A DNA stretch of 64,000 bases, from positions 1 to 64,000 of IMG/VR virus record IMGVR_UViG_3300010354_000053, one strand, 5' to 3'. The notes beneath the pieces are model-generated. The model was not told the DNA's origin and ran no database searches. It saw nothing but the letters and a program-made list of their open reading frames with translations. Of this stretch, positions 37,074 to 46,360 are shown piece by piece. This stretch comes from a virus. Both the position numbers and the translations under genes were made by a program. Positions within the stretch are counted from its first letter, which is position 1; each line of letters opens with the position of its first letter.

Positions 37074-40007
37074 ATGTCACATTTTAAGTTGTTTGATTTT
37101 ATTGATCAGCATCCAGAAGAAAAACGTCCGTGGAGTAACCGTTGGAAAAATAAAAAAATTTGCGCAAACCTTCATTGCCACTCTCATTTTTCTCTAGATG
37201 GGGGTTCGACTGTCCAAACTATGGTTGAACGGGCAGTAGAACTAGAATACACGCATTTTACACTTTCCGAACATGGAAACGTCAACAGCGCAGTAGCGTT
37301 ATACCGCGAGGCTGAAAAAATAAACAAAAAAGGGAATAAAATAAAGCTATTTCATTCGGTGGAAGCTTATATCCGACATCCTAAAGATGAAAAATCTACC
37401 CATATCACAATAGGATTTAAAACTAGCGCAGCGTTCCAAAAATACTGCGAGCTAACGCACATACTGTATGACGAGAAGCACATGGAGGTTAAATGGGGTG
37501 ATGTTAAACCCGTTATGACTACCGAGCATCTTGAAGAACTAGCTCCCCTTGGGATTGTCATAGGAACGGGCTGCATCGGTTCGTTCTTTAACTACCCCAT
37601 TTATAAACACGGTAATGTTAAGGAGTCACGTGAGCGCCTTGAGTGGGTTATGAGTTTAGTTGGAAGAGATAACATTTACGACGAGTGGATTGTAGATGAC
37701 CTTAGTAAATATTACGCGCCCGCTAAAGTTGAAGAAGGCAAAATTATCAAAGAAGCAGCGCTTGAGCTTAACGAGTGCTCACCTCACCTCCTGCAGTATG
37801 GGCAGAATACCCCAAACATTGGCAAAGCTGTAAACAATGTGCGCCGTGATCATGTTACAGGCCCATTAAATATTAAGCCGATTGTTTCGCTGGATTCTCA
37901 TTACGCTCGCAAGAAAGATAAAGTAATTCAAGACTCTAAGAATTACGGTTCGGATTGGATTATGTCTAACTTCCAACATATGCGCGGGGCTGAAGAATAT
38001 GCATACGAGGCTAAAAAATACGGTGGGCTGGAAGATAAATTTATTGAAGAACTGCTAGATAATACCGAAGATTATGCAGAACAGTTTAATGGTTACGAAT
38101 TTGGACCTTCCAAAGAATGGATTATGCCAAATTACGAAGATTCAAATTTAAAGTGGATTGTTAATAAGATTAAATCAGAAAAACGTATTAATCTAGATGA
38201 AAAAGATTACGCAGACCGTCTTAATTATGAAATTAAAGTCCTTGGCAACAATGGTGTATTTGATGGCTTGGCATATTTAAGAACAGTTAGTGAGATTTGC
38301 GACGAGGCAGAAAAACGAAATATTCTTGTTAATACCCGTGGTTCGGCTGGTGGTAGTCTTTCTTATTTTGCCGTAGGCGCATCTGTTACAGATCCAATTA
38401 AATATGACTTACAATTTGAGCGGCACATCACACTAGGCCGTATTAAATCTGGTTCCTTGCCGGACTGCGATTTGGATTTCGATGTTAAAGACGAAGCTCT
38501 AGCTATGATTTACGAAATGTATCCAAACAGAGTATTACCTATCTCAGTAAACCAAAACCTTAAACCACGATCTGCTATTAAAGATGCTGAACGATTTATT
38601 CTTGGCGCCGTGCGGCAAGAAACAGAAATCTTGACAAAGTCAATGCCAATTGTTCCACAAGGAAAAGATGAAACTGAATGGCTGTTTGGCTATGAAGACA
38701 TTGAAACTGGTGAGCATATTCAAGGATATTTTGAAACTTCTCAAGAACTGCAAGCATATGCTGCAAAAAATCCAGAAATTTGGATGATGGTTGAACAAAT
38801 GTGCGGAGTTATGCGGCAAAAATCTTCACATCCATGTGGGCTTATTGTTACACCTACCGAAAGTAAATACTGGCTTCCAGTGTGCCGCGTTGGAGGAAAA
38901 AATGGTGCGCTTGTAACTGCATGGTGCCCAAAAGATTTGGAATGGTACAAAGCAGTAAAGTTTGATGTTCTTGGTGTTAAAAAAATGCAAACAATCAAAA
39001 AAACATTTGAACTAATTAAGCAACGCCATGGGATTGATTTAAAATGGGGTGAGTTTGATCACAATGATCAAGTATTTGAAAATATTTACCATACCGGTAA
39101 AACTGATGCGACGTTTCAAACAAATACTTCCGGCATTCGTTCTCTGTGCGTAAGAACTAAGCCAAAAAATATTGTGGATATTTCCAACTTAATTGCTTTG
39201 TATCGTCCATCGACAATTGACTGGCAGATGCATTTGCAGCCATCGGAAGAGCGGCCAAGTGGATTCCATGGCAATGCCATGGAATTTTATGTGCAATGTT
39301 CTGCAGGCAATCAGAGACCTTATTACATTCACCCCTCGCTCGAACCAATTTTTGGTTCTACGTTTGGTGTGCCACTGTTTCAGGAGCAGATTCTAAAACT
39401 AGCTCGAGAAGTTGGTGGTTATTCATTTGAAGAAGCTGAAAACTTACGACGAGGTATTGGTAAAAAAGATAAAAAACTGATTAACGAGATTTTGGACGAT
39501 ATGGAAAAACGTATTATTACAAAAGATTCTTCTTGGGCTGAAAACCAATTGCACGAATTACGCGAGATGGTTATTGCGTCCGCACGTTATGGGTTCAATT
39601 GTGCCCATAGTACATCTTATGGAATTGTTTCTTATGCTACAGCGTGGCTAAAAAATAACTACCCTCTAGAGTTTTGGACTGCAGAACTTAGTGTTGAATA
39701 TGGAGACGAAGACAAATTGAGAGAATATTCTCAACTTATTTCTGACAAACTTTTGCAGCCTTCAGTCCTTCATTCCGATACAACAGATTTTGTCATTGAA
39801 GGGGACAAGATTCGCGTACCTTTGTGTGTTTTAAAAGGAGTTGGGGAAGAAGCCGCAAAAGCCGTCAAAAAACTTATGCATAATAGTTTAGAGGAGATTG
39901 GTTTAACCAAAAAGCCACAAGTGGTCAAAAACTCAAGAGAATCAACTAAACGTGCAAAAGTACTTAGTGACCAAAAATCGGATGATAATTTGTTGTCGCT
40001 CGGGTAA
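37074..40007 (+). CDS. dnaE: DNA polymerase III alpha-like, N-terminal/catalytic part (PHP, palm, thumb, fingers, start of HhH)
   Basis: HCHSHFSLDG, SEHGN, SLDSHY (PHP); RGSAGGSL, FER, PDCDLDF, HPCG, KFDVLG, ALYRP, FQEQ, YGFNCAHSTSY, LKGVGE. Confidence 0.95.
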   Translation: MSHFKLFDFIDQHPEEKRPWSNRWKNKKICANLHCHSHFSLDGGSTVQTMVERAVELEYTHFTLSEHGNVNSAVALYREAEKINKKGNKIKLFHSVEAYIRHPKDEKSTHITIGFKTSAAFQKYCELTHILYDEKHMEVKWGDVKPVMTTEHLEELAPLGIVIGTGCIGSFFNYPIYKHGNVKESRERLEWVMSLVGRDNIYDEWIVDDLSKYYAPAKVEEGKIIKEAALELNECSPHLLQYGQNTPNIGKAVNNVRRDHVTGPLNIKPIVSLDSHYARKKDKVIQDSKNYGSDWIMSNFQHMRGAEEYAYEAKKYGGLEDKFIEELLDNTEDYAEQFNGYEFGPSKEWIMPNYEDSNLKWIVNKIKSEKRINLDEKDYADRLNYEIKVLGNNGVFDGLAYLRTVSEICDEAEKRNILVNTRGSAGGSLSYFAVGASVTDPIKYDLQFERHITLGRIKSGSLPDCDLDFDVKDEALAMIYEMYPNRVLPISVNQNLKPRSAIKDAERFILGAVRQETEILTKSMPIVPQGKDETEWLFGYEDIETGEHIQGYFETSQELQAYAAKNPEIWMMVEQMCGVMRQKSSHPCGLIVTPTESKYWLPVCRVGGKNGALVTAWCPKDLEWYKAVKFDVLGVKKMQTIKKTFELIKQRHGIDLKWGEFDHNDQVFENIYHTGKTDATFQTNTSGIRSLCVRTKPKNIVDISNLIALYRPSTIDWQMHLQPSEERPSGFHGNAMEFYVQCSAGNQRPYYIHPSLEPIFGSTFGVPLFQEQILKLAREVGGYSFEEAENLRRGIGKKDKKLINEILDDMEKRIITKDSSWAENQLHELREMVIASARYGFNCAHSTSYGIVSYATAWLKNNYPLEFWTAELSVEYGDEDKLREYSQLISDKLLQPSVLHSDTTDFVIEGDKIRVPLCVLKGVGEEAAKAVKKLMHNSLEEIGLTKKPQVVKNSRESTKRAKVLSDQKSDDNLLSLG

Positions 40008-40305
40008 GGGCAGGAAACCTAAGTCATACTTTTTATGGTGGCGTTCAAATTTTCCTAGTTGGAATAATATCAAAAAGTATAAAATGCCAACCCGAATAAA
40101 TAAAAAAAATTTACATCACGGCAACCTTGGGTTGCCGCGGTTTTTTTGGGTGATGTTAACAGATTCTAAAGGACAAATTATTTCGTATGAAGAAATAAAA
40201 AAAGAATCTATCTTCGAAACAAATTCAAAGATAGATCTTTTAGAATTCTTAGCGGATAATAAATTTCCGTCACAAATTTTAGATGTTTTTATGTCAAAAC
40301 TCTAA
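39982..40305 (+). CDS. Hypothetical protein (start uncertain)
   Basis: ORF fills the gap between dnaE and the lysis cassette but contains a terminator-like hairpin. Confidence 0.3.
   Translation: MIICCRSGKGRKPKSYFLWWRSNFPSWNNIKKYKMPTRINKKNLHHGNLGLPRFFWVMLTDSKGQIISYEEIKKESIFETNSKIDLLEFLADNKFPSQILDVFMSKL
40119..40147 (+). terminator. Rho-independent terminator candidate downstream of dnaE
   Basis: CGGCAACC-TTG-GGTTGCCG stem followed by CGG and T7. Confidence 0.55.
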
Positions 40306-40848
40306 TTTTAGACCCAGCCCTAAACTTTTATCTTTAAATCCATATCCAGTTTCTAGCCAGAGCGGGCCATATACTCGAAGGCCGAGATTTAACTGAAGGT
40401 TTAATTCTTCGGCTGGTTTTGTTGTTAATAATTTATCAATAGGCTTTTCAGCCATTAATCCAGCAGAATATTTAGATAAATTTTGTTTTTGAATTACTTC
40501 AGTTTCTTTCTTTGTGCTTTCTTTTTCTTTGGTTTCTTTTGATTCTTTTTTATTTTTGTCTGTAGTTTCTTTTTGTTTTTCTTTTGTTTTTGATTCTTCT
40601 TCTGTTATTTCTACAACTTCTCCGTTTGGTTTTGTGACTTTCTTAGTTTTTTTCTTTTCCCATTTTTTTGATTCGTATTCTTTTTTGAGTCGTTCGCGCT
40701 CTTCCGCAATCACCTTTTCTGTTTTTTCTTTATCAACAACTATAACTTCTTTAATTTGAATATCTGGTGCCGGTCGTCGGCCATAACCGATTGCATAGCC
40801 ACCGACTAAACACAAAACTGCTGCAACGATATATTTTTTTTCAAACAT
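40294..40848 (-). CDS. Membrane-anchored protein in the spanin position of the lysis cassette
   Basis: N-terminal hydrophobic helix, Lys/Glu-rich linker, C-terminal amphipathic beta strands ending in Phe; overlaps the endolysin stop. Confidence 0.55.
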   Translation of the reverse strand: MFEKKYIVAAVLCLVGGYAIGYGRRPAPDIQIKEVIVVDKEKTEKVIAEERERLKKEYESKKWEKKKTKKVTKPNGEVVEITEEESKTKEKQKETTDKNKKESKETKEKESTKKETEVIQKQNLSKYSAGLMAEKPIDKLLTTKPAEELNLQLNLGLRVYGPLWLETGYGFKDKSLGLGLKLEF

Positions 40849-41293
40849 ACGGGTTCTTCTTTTGTAGATCTTTCCATGTTAGATTTTGAGGATTATATTC
40901 AAAATGGGCGGTTTCTTTAAATTTCTTCCAATTACCAGCCCACCTTAGACCCTTTGATTCAAGTATAGGCTTTACAAGACTCCAAACTTTACGATAAAGC
41001 TTTTCATCCCAAATAATCGCCCCCTTTTTGTCAACAAAATGAAAATCGCCGGCTAAACGATAATTGTGCGTAGACTGACCGCCTTTTGCATTTGTAACAA
41101 TTTTTCCTGGCTCGGTTCGACCTAGTGCATAAAGCTTGTCTTGATCTTCAGGCGCTCTATAGCCAGAATGACACTGCATGTTTAGCCCATTAGCATATGC
41201 AGTTTCTAGCATTCGAGACATAACTTCTTGGGCGGGCGGAATCAACTCAGCTAGAAGTTTTTTTGTTCTTTTGTCCATTTCCAGCATACTCAA
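40841..41293 (-). CDS. Endolysin, peptidase M15 (L-Ala-D-Glu peptidase-like)
   Basis: SGYR..EDQDKLYALGRT.PG.IVTNAKGGQSTHNY.LAGD..WAGNW..ETAHFE. Confidence 0.9.
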   Translation of the reverse strand: MSMLEMDKRTKKLLAELIPPAQEVMSRMLETAYANGLNMQCHSGYRAPEDQDKLYALGRTEPGKIVTNAKGGQSTHNYRLAGDFHFVDKKGAIIWDEKLYRKVWSLVKPILESKGLRWAGNWKKFKETAHFEYNPQNLTWKDLQKKNPYV

Positions 41294-41486
41294 TATCCTC
41301 TTTCTGGTTCATGCGAGGTTCTTTGTATGCTTTTTCTACACCATTCACAGCAGCCAATGCAATGGCTACAGACGCAATCGAGTTTGCAACATCCACATCA
41401 TTAACAAATCCTAGAATTGCTAAAATTGTGATTGTATAAAACGCAATTGCAGTCCGCCTGCAACCATTAAATGGTGTTAATAACAT
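41247..41486 (-). CDS. Putative holin
   Basis: 79 aa, two hydrophobic segments, charged C-terminal tail, directly upstream of the endolysin. Confidence 0.6.
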   Translation of the reverse strand: MLLTPFNGCRRTAIAFYTITILAILGFVNDVDVANSIASVAIALAAVNGVEKAYKEPRMNQKEDIEYAGNGQKNKKTSS

Positions 41487-41983
41487 TACTTATATTTCTT
41501 CTTTAATAAAGAATGAGCCTTTTTAAGAGCTTCTGCACTTCCAAACCCTTGTTTTTTAACTGGTTTGTCGTTTACAGATTTTTCTTCGCCCATTCTTTCA
41601 GAATAATCACCTATCACATCAGACTCTGGAATTTCTCCGGCGACGGCGCCTTCTTTTGGTTTTTTTGGCAAAGCTGGATTTTTTGTTTGCTCTGCAGATT
41701 TTTCCATATCTTCTGTTTTTGCCATTGCAGTTTGTGATGACGTTTGCACCAAGGCGGGATTAGGTTCCATGCCTGGCATTGAACCGCCGGCTGGCATAGC
41801 CTGTTTTTGTAATTCTGTAGCTTTTTCCATACGTAGTTTATTAAAAACCTGAGCACGATCTTCAGCATCAACTTTTGGGATAACTTCATTAACTTTAGCA
41901 GGGCCTTTAATTTCTTCTACCGCTTGATCAACCGACAATCCTTTGCACATTTTGTGCATTTTTTTAAGATGTTGAACGCTCAT
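41486..41983 (-). CDS. Hypothetical charged, low-complexity protein
   Basis: GGAG RBS before the ATG at 41983; TAATG coupling to the holin. Confidence 0.65.
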   Translation of the reverse strand: MSVQHLKKMHKMCKGLSVDQAVEEIKGPAKVNEVIPKVDAEDRAQVFNKLRMEKATELQKQAMPAGGSMPGMEPNPALVQTSSQTAMAKTEDMEKSAEQTKNPALPKKPKEGAVAGEIPESDVIGDYSERMGEEKSVNDKPVKKQGFGSAEALKKAHSLLKKKYK

Positions 41984-42078
41984 TTTTTTCTCCAAAAAAA
42001 CCTTGACTTTTAATGAAATTAATGCCATTGTCTTATATTAGCAAATCGCTAGTATAAATTATACACTTGGAGTCGCCT

Positions 42079-43002
42079 ATGGCAATTGATTTAAGCAAAA
42101 TGACGTTTGGCGCTGAACTAGAACTTGGCGATGTTGATACAAAAATTATTCTGCCGCTAGGTAATAGATGGTGTGATAAAGATGGATCTATTTGTAATTC
42201 CAATGGAACTGCAAACGATCCGAAAAAAGTTTTTAATCGGTATGGTGGTGAGATTCAAATGAAGCCTGAAAACTCTCCGGAAGAGTTGCTTCGAGCCACT
42301 AAAGAAATCTACGACCTTCTGCCTAAAAAACACTTTAACTTTACCACTAATTTGCATGTTCATATTCGTATTCCCGGACTTAAGGATGACTTAGAGGCCC
42401 TAAAGAAAATTGCTGCGTATCTTCGTAAATATGACGAAGAAATTTATGAACTTATAGACCCAAATCCATTCCCAGAACGACAACTTAAATTTTCCAATCC
42501 TGACTTTTACAACGGCGCAGTCTCGAGATGGCGTCGTCGTAATAAGTCACATAGGTATCGGGTGACAGAAAAAGTTCATAAATTAATGATGAACGCAAAA
42601 TCACCACGCGAGTTCTACGAGGCTCACGCCCCTAAAAATCGTTTTGGACAACCAATGTGGCATGTTGTGGTCAGAGCCGGTGTGAATCTCAAACAAGTAT
42701 TTGAAGATACTGAAACTATTGAGTTTCGGCATTTTACAATGTCACCAGATCTAAATAAGATGTTGTCGGCATATAAGTGGCCTAGGCTTCTTATGGAAGC
42801 AATTTTTGTCACGGGGCACACACCGAAGCAGATTTTAGAAAACAATCCAGACTTGGTATTCCAAAATTTTCATCCGTATGATCACGAACTAGATAAAATC
42901 TTTAGGCAAACCAATGTTTACCATAACAAACGTTCCGAAGTGCGGGAAAACTATAAACGTTTAATTGAGCAGGGCCTAGTTGACGAACAGACTCTTTATT
43001 GA
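42079..43002 (+). CDS. Putative amidoligase (COOH-NH2 ligase-type) enzyme
   Basis: TFGAELE, DGS, GGEI, LHVHI and TIEFRHF motifs. Confidence 0.75.
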   Translation: MAIDLSKMTFGAELELGDVDTKIILPLGNRWCDKDGSICNSNGTANDPKKVFNRYGGEIQMKPENSPEELLRATKEIYDLLPKKHFNFTTNLHVHIRIPGLKDDLEALKKIAAYLRKYDEEIYELIDPNPFPERQLKFSNPDFYNGAVSRWRRRNKSHRYRVTEKVHKLMMNAKSPREFYEAHAPKNRFGQPMWHVVVRAGVNLKQVFEDTETIEFRHFTMSPDLNKMLSAYKWPRLLMEAIFVTGHTPKQILENNPDLVFQNFHPYDHELDKIFRQTNVYHNKRSEVRENYKRLIEQGLVDEQTLY

Positions 43003-43009
43003 GGATTGC

Positions 43010-43462
43010 ATGAAAGTTTTATTTATTTGTACGGGTAACAAGTTTCGTAGTCCAACTGCGGAACATATTATGAAATGCCTAGCCCCGCATTTAGAAGTTA
43101 AATCGGCTGGAACAGCGGAAGGCGCTCATAAAAACTATTTAATGGCCAAAAAAATGCGTCGTTGTTTAATTGAATTAGGTTATCCTGAGCCCGCAATACG
43201 TTCTCAGCATCTGACGGCGGAATTAATGGAGTGGGCAGATATTGTTTTATATATGGCCCCTACACATTTCAACTATATGTACAAAAATCATGTCCAATTT
43301 ATACATAAATGCAGGCCGCTCTACACCGTCCTGCCAGACCTTGATTTAAAACGAATTGAAGACCCTGCTTTTATTAAAAAGCATGAAGATGTTATGGAAG
43401 TAACTAAAATTATTGAAGATTCGATTAAAAAAATACTAAACGATGAAGCAAAACTAATTTAA
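43010..43462 (+). CDS. Low-molecular-weight phosphatase (LMW-PTP/ArsC fold)
   Basis: VLFICTGNKFRSPTAE (CX5R), SAGT, WADIVLYM, IEDP. Confidence 0.9.
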   Translation: MKVLFICTGNKFRSPTAEHIMKCLAPHLEVKSAGTAEGAHKNYLMAKKMRRCLIELGYPEPAIRSQHLTAELMEWADIVLYMAPTHFNYMYKNHVQFIHKCRPLYTVLPDLDLKRIEDPAFIKKHEDVMEVTKIIEDSIKKILNDEAKLI

Positions 43463-43692
43463 ACTTCGGAATTACCGATCTTATTCTTTTGACGAGAACC
43501 TGTTGGAATAGATGTACCCGGAAGTTTAGGAGCTTCTGGCATTTTTATTTCTGAAGTTTTAACTGTAGTTTTTTTAGAAGTAGAAGATACAGAACCGTCA
43601 AGAATTTTGTACATTCTGTCTTGTACAGTTTCTGCAGGTGTGGATTTAGTCATTTTCTTGCACAGTTCGACTATTTCTAACAGTTTGTTCAA
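43459..43692 (-). CDS. Hypothetical protein
   Basis: Last ORF of the minus-strand operon; likely start at 43653. Confidence 0.45.
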   Translation of the reverse strand: MNKLLEIVELCKKMTKSTPAETVQDRMYKILDGSVSSTSKKTTVKTSEIKMPEAPKLPGTSIPTGSRQKNKIGNSEV

Positions 43693-44182
43693 GTTCGGCC
43701 TCTGTTACAATCCAAGGTGGTACGCAAACCATTTTATGCTCTATTTTACCATATTGGATATTAGATAAAAAAGGCTTCATGAGTTCTTGTTCATCTTGAT
43801 GGCGATTTTCTTTAATATAACCAATGTTATCGATATTTTTATCCAGTAATTTAGACATACAAGCCATACAAGGCTGAACACTCACAATAAATTGGTATTT
43901 ATGGATATTGATTGTTTGAATCATCTTTTCCAGAAGATCTGTCTCCGCATGGCGAATTAAGAATTTTTTAGCAGGATTTTTATCAATATTTAACTCGGCA
44001 AGAGCTTTTGAATTTTTTTCAAAAGCAGAAATTATCTTGTTAACGCCATAAGCAATAACAGAATTTGTGGATGTATCTACAGCAATTGCGACTACCTGAA
44101 CTAGAGGATCACTACTTCGTTTTTTAAGAACGTCAAATAGGATCTCGGTACTAACTACAGGGAAGGAGCCGTAGACAAACAT
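43646..44182 (-). CDS. dCMP deaminase-like zinc-dependent deaminase
   Basis: RSSDP..QV, HAE and PCMAC motifs. Confidence 0.8.
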   Translation of the reverse strand: MFVYGSFPVVSTEILFDVLKKRSSDPLVQVVAIAVDTSTNSVIAYGVNKIISAFEKNSKALAELNIDKNPAKKFLIRHAETDLLEKMIQTINIHKYQFIVSVQPCMACMSKLLDKNIDNIGYIKENRHQDEQELMKPFLSNIQYGKIEHKMVCVPPWIVTEAELEQTVRNSRTVQEND

Positions 44183-44793
44183 TCTTTAATTCCTTGTTGT
44201 AGTTTTTGTACTACTTGTTCGGGTGAATCTTCAAAATCTACTTTTACGAGAGTAACAGGAGCGCGACATAAATCCAAGAAATAACCTACGCACATCTTTG
44301 CCCTATCCATAAACACTTGAACATTATTGAATGTCAAGTCAGGAAGTCTTTCTTCAACAATACCAGCATTTTTTCTTCGCAAAGAAAGACGTTCTCTAAT
44401 CTTTTCTACAGTAAAATCGTAGTGTACAACAACGACTTTAATGTCTTCTTTATGGCGATATTCATTAACCATTTCTACCCAACGAGACGTAGACATAACG
44501 CCATCGATAATAACTGTATCTGACAGCTCGAGAGCATCAAAGAAACCTGTTCTAACTAGCGATGGTGTAGTTATGGAATCTGTGCCAGAATTTTTATTAC
44601 CAACCAAAACACAATTATCATATTGAACAATACTATATTTCTGCTCAATTGTAGCTCCCCTGTTGGGCATACGTTTTTTAATAAATTTACCCATTTTAGA
44701 AATTTCTTTGCCATCTCCTTGGCAAAAAGTATTTCTGGTGGTGGTTTTGCCGGTTGCACCTGCGCCCATTAGAAAAATTGCTACTTTAGTCAT
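44155..44793 (-). CDS. P-loop nucleotide kinase, 5-hmdU DNA kinase-like
   Basis: GAGATGKTT Walker A, GTD motif, VIIDG, ERL..RR lid; neighbours an amino-acid:DNA transferase-like gene. Confidence 0.65.
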   Translation of the reverse strand: MTKVAIFLMGAGATGKTTTRNTFCQGDGKEISKMGKFIKKRMPNRGATIEQKYSIVQYDNCVLVGNKNSGTDSITTPSLVRTGFFDALELSDTVIIDGVMSTSRWVEMVNEYRHKEDIKVVVVHYDFTVEKIRERLSLRRKNAGIVEERLPDLTFNNVQVFMDRAKMCVGYFLDLCRAPVTLVKVDFEDSPEQVVQKLQQGIKECLSTAPSL

Positions 44794-45160
44794 GAAAGCC
44801 CTCAATATACTCTTGATTTGTTTTATGGCATTTAAAACAAATTCTGTTTCCGTTTGGTGAAAAGAAAACATTGTTGCATTTTAAACAATTTCTATTTTTT
44901 GCAATGGCAGAACCGTGTTCTGAAAAAAACTTCTCGTCCGCTTTTCGTAGTTCTTCCATAAGCTGTTTGTGTCGCTCTTTACGTCTATTTGACGTTCGCT
45001 CTTTATTCTTTTTTATTTTTTCTGTTAAATCAATCCAGTTTAAATTATGTTGAATAACATAATTTTGCATGAATGATTCATGATTATCAATGGATGGTAC
45101 TGGAATATTGAGAGTTTTGCAAAACATTTTTAATGTAATTTTAGTTTCATTAACAATCAT
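44786..45160 (-). CDS. Hypothetical protein with C-terminal zinc ribbon
   Basis: CLKC..F...NRICFKC. Confidence 0.65.
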   Translation of the reverse strand: MIVNETKITLKMFCKTLNIPVPSIDNHESFMQNYVIQHNLNWIDLTEKIKKNKERTSNRRKERHKQLMEELRKADEKFFSEHGSAIAKNRNCLKCNNVFFSPNGNRICFKCHKTNQEYIEGFHD

Positions 45161-45170
45161 TACTCTGCCC

Positions 45171-45500
45171 TTATTCTAATTCAGCACCCATGTCTACGAT
45201 ACCTTCTTTCTGCAACAACGAAAGGGCTAACACTCGTTTAGAATCTGCAAAATTTCTTGTTTCATTGAAGGCACTGCGAAAAGTTTGCAGAACTTCTTGA
45301 GCAGCTTTAAATTCCGAATTAGCTTCCATTTCTTTCTTTGCCTTCAAAACATGCGCATTCTGTTCTGCAATGATCTGTTTTAGTTTATCGACGTTATAAG
45401 TTTTTAGCATTTGCAATTCATCGTAAGAATAATTCTTTACAAACGCTTTTTCAATATCACTCAGATGGCTGTACTTATTTGACTTACTCTTCTTTCTCAT
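45171..45500 (-). CDS. Hypothetical coiled-coil protein
   Basis: GGAGG RBS; ATGA overlap with the upstream gene. Confidence 0.65.
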   Translation of the reverse strand: MRKKSKSNKYSHLSDIEKAFVKNYSYDELQMLKTYNVDKLKQIIAEQNAHVLKAKKEMEANSEFKAAQEVLQTFRSAFNETRNFADSKRVLALSLLQKEGIVDMGAELE

Positions 45501-46360
45501 TTAACATCCTCCACAAAAAGTAATTGTTTCGTTTTAATGTATGCAGTTTTTTCTTTTACTGAAAAATGGTGTTGTAAAAACTTATGATCAAATTCACATT
45601 CATCTATTAAATTCCAAAATACGTTATCTGAATACAATTCTGGTTTTTTAAGAACTAAAAATTCATTAATGTCATGTCCAACTACATAACTCCCCTTGTG
45701 CAGTATTTTAGGCACTTTACACAAACAGCTTTCTACTTGACCAATCGGCGCGTTCCAAATTTTTGATAAATTCCAACCCAAAGCTTCCCATTCTGGGATT
45801 ATGTCTTTAGTAAATTTTTGATTAATACCATATAGGTAACGAAGTCCAAATACTGGTCCAGTATTTTTGTTAGGATCAGAGCTTTCGATTCCTAACCCAT
45901 TAATACGAAAGCTTTTATATCCAAGCGTTTGATCCATGAGTTCACAAGTTTTATAGCAGGCCCAATCACCAAAATATGGAATAGTCTTGAATAACTCTCT
46001 TCCGCTGTTAAAATCTAACTGCTCTGTTTTAAGCGTTGATTCAACTGTTAACCATCTATCAAAAGCTTTTTCAAAATTTTCAGTTCGTCGCACTTGTGGT
46101 GTTCGACCACGTTCCATTCCAAACTTACTGATTTTTTCAAACATCTGAATGGGTGTTTTACCTTCAGCAATTCCCCGCATGAATAAAACCATGCTTTCGA
46201 TAGAATAGTAATATACGTACATGAAAATTGCGGTTTCGGGGTCAAATTTTTCGTGATTAATAATTGATTTTAGAAAAGGATAAACAGGGTCAACATCTTG
46301 TGTGCGAATTAAAGCTAAGCTAGCCTTCTCGAAATCAGAAAAGTTAAATAGATGTTGCAT
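45497..46360 (-). CDS. Amino acid:DNA transferase-like protein (aGPT-PPlase clade 2; HhH-glycosylase fold)
   Basis: DVDPVY, GMER, FGDWACYKTCE, GP..GL, VESCLCK and Y.VGHDINE match my recollection of the family motif series. Confidence 0.75.
   Translation of the reverse strand: MQHLFNFSDFEKASLALIRTQDVDPVYPFLKSIINHEKFDPETAIFMYVYYYSIESMVLFMRGIAEGKTPIQMFEKISKFGMERGRTPQVRRTENFEKAFDRWLTVESTLKTEQLDFNSGRELFKTIPYFGDWACYKTCELMDQTLGYKSFRINGLGIESSDPNKNTGPVFGLRYLYGINQKFTKDIIPEWEALGWNLSKIWNAPIGQVESCLCKVPKILHKGSYVVGHDINEFLVLKKPELYSDNVFWNLIDECEFDHKFLQHHFSVKEKTAYIKTKQLLFVEDVK

Noticed and set aside
37074-40007. Split intein or intron in dnaE
   Set aside because: No intein N-terminal block after the break, no His-Asn/Cys junction in the C-half, and no intron-like non-coding sequence
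39952-40305. +1 frameshift extension supplying the DnaE C-terminus
   Set aside because: The translation has no GAFD or OB-fold resemblance
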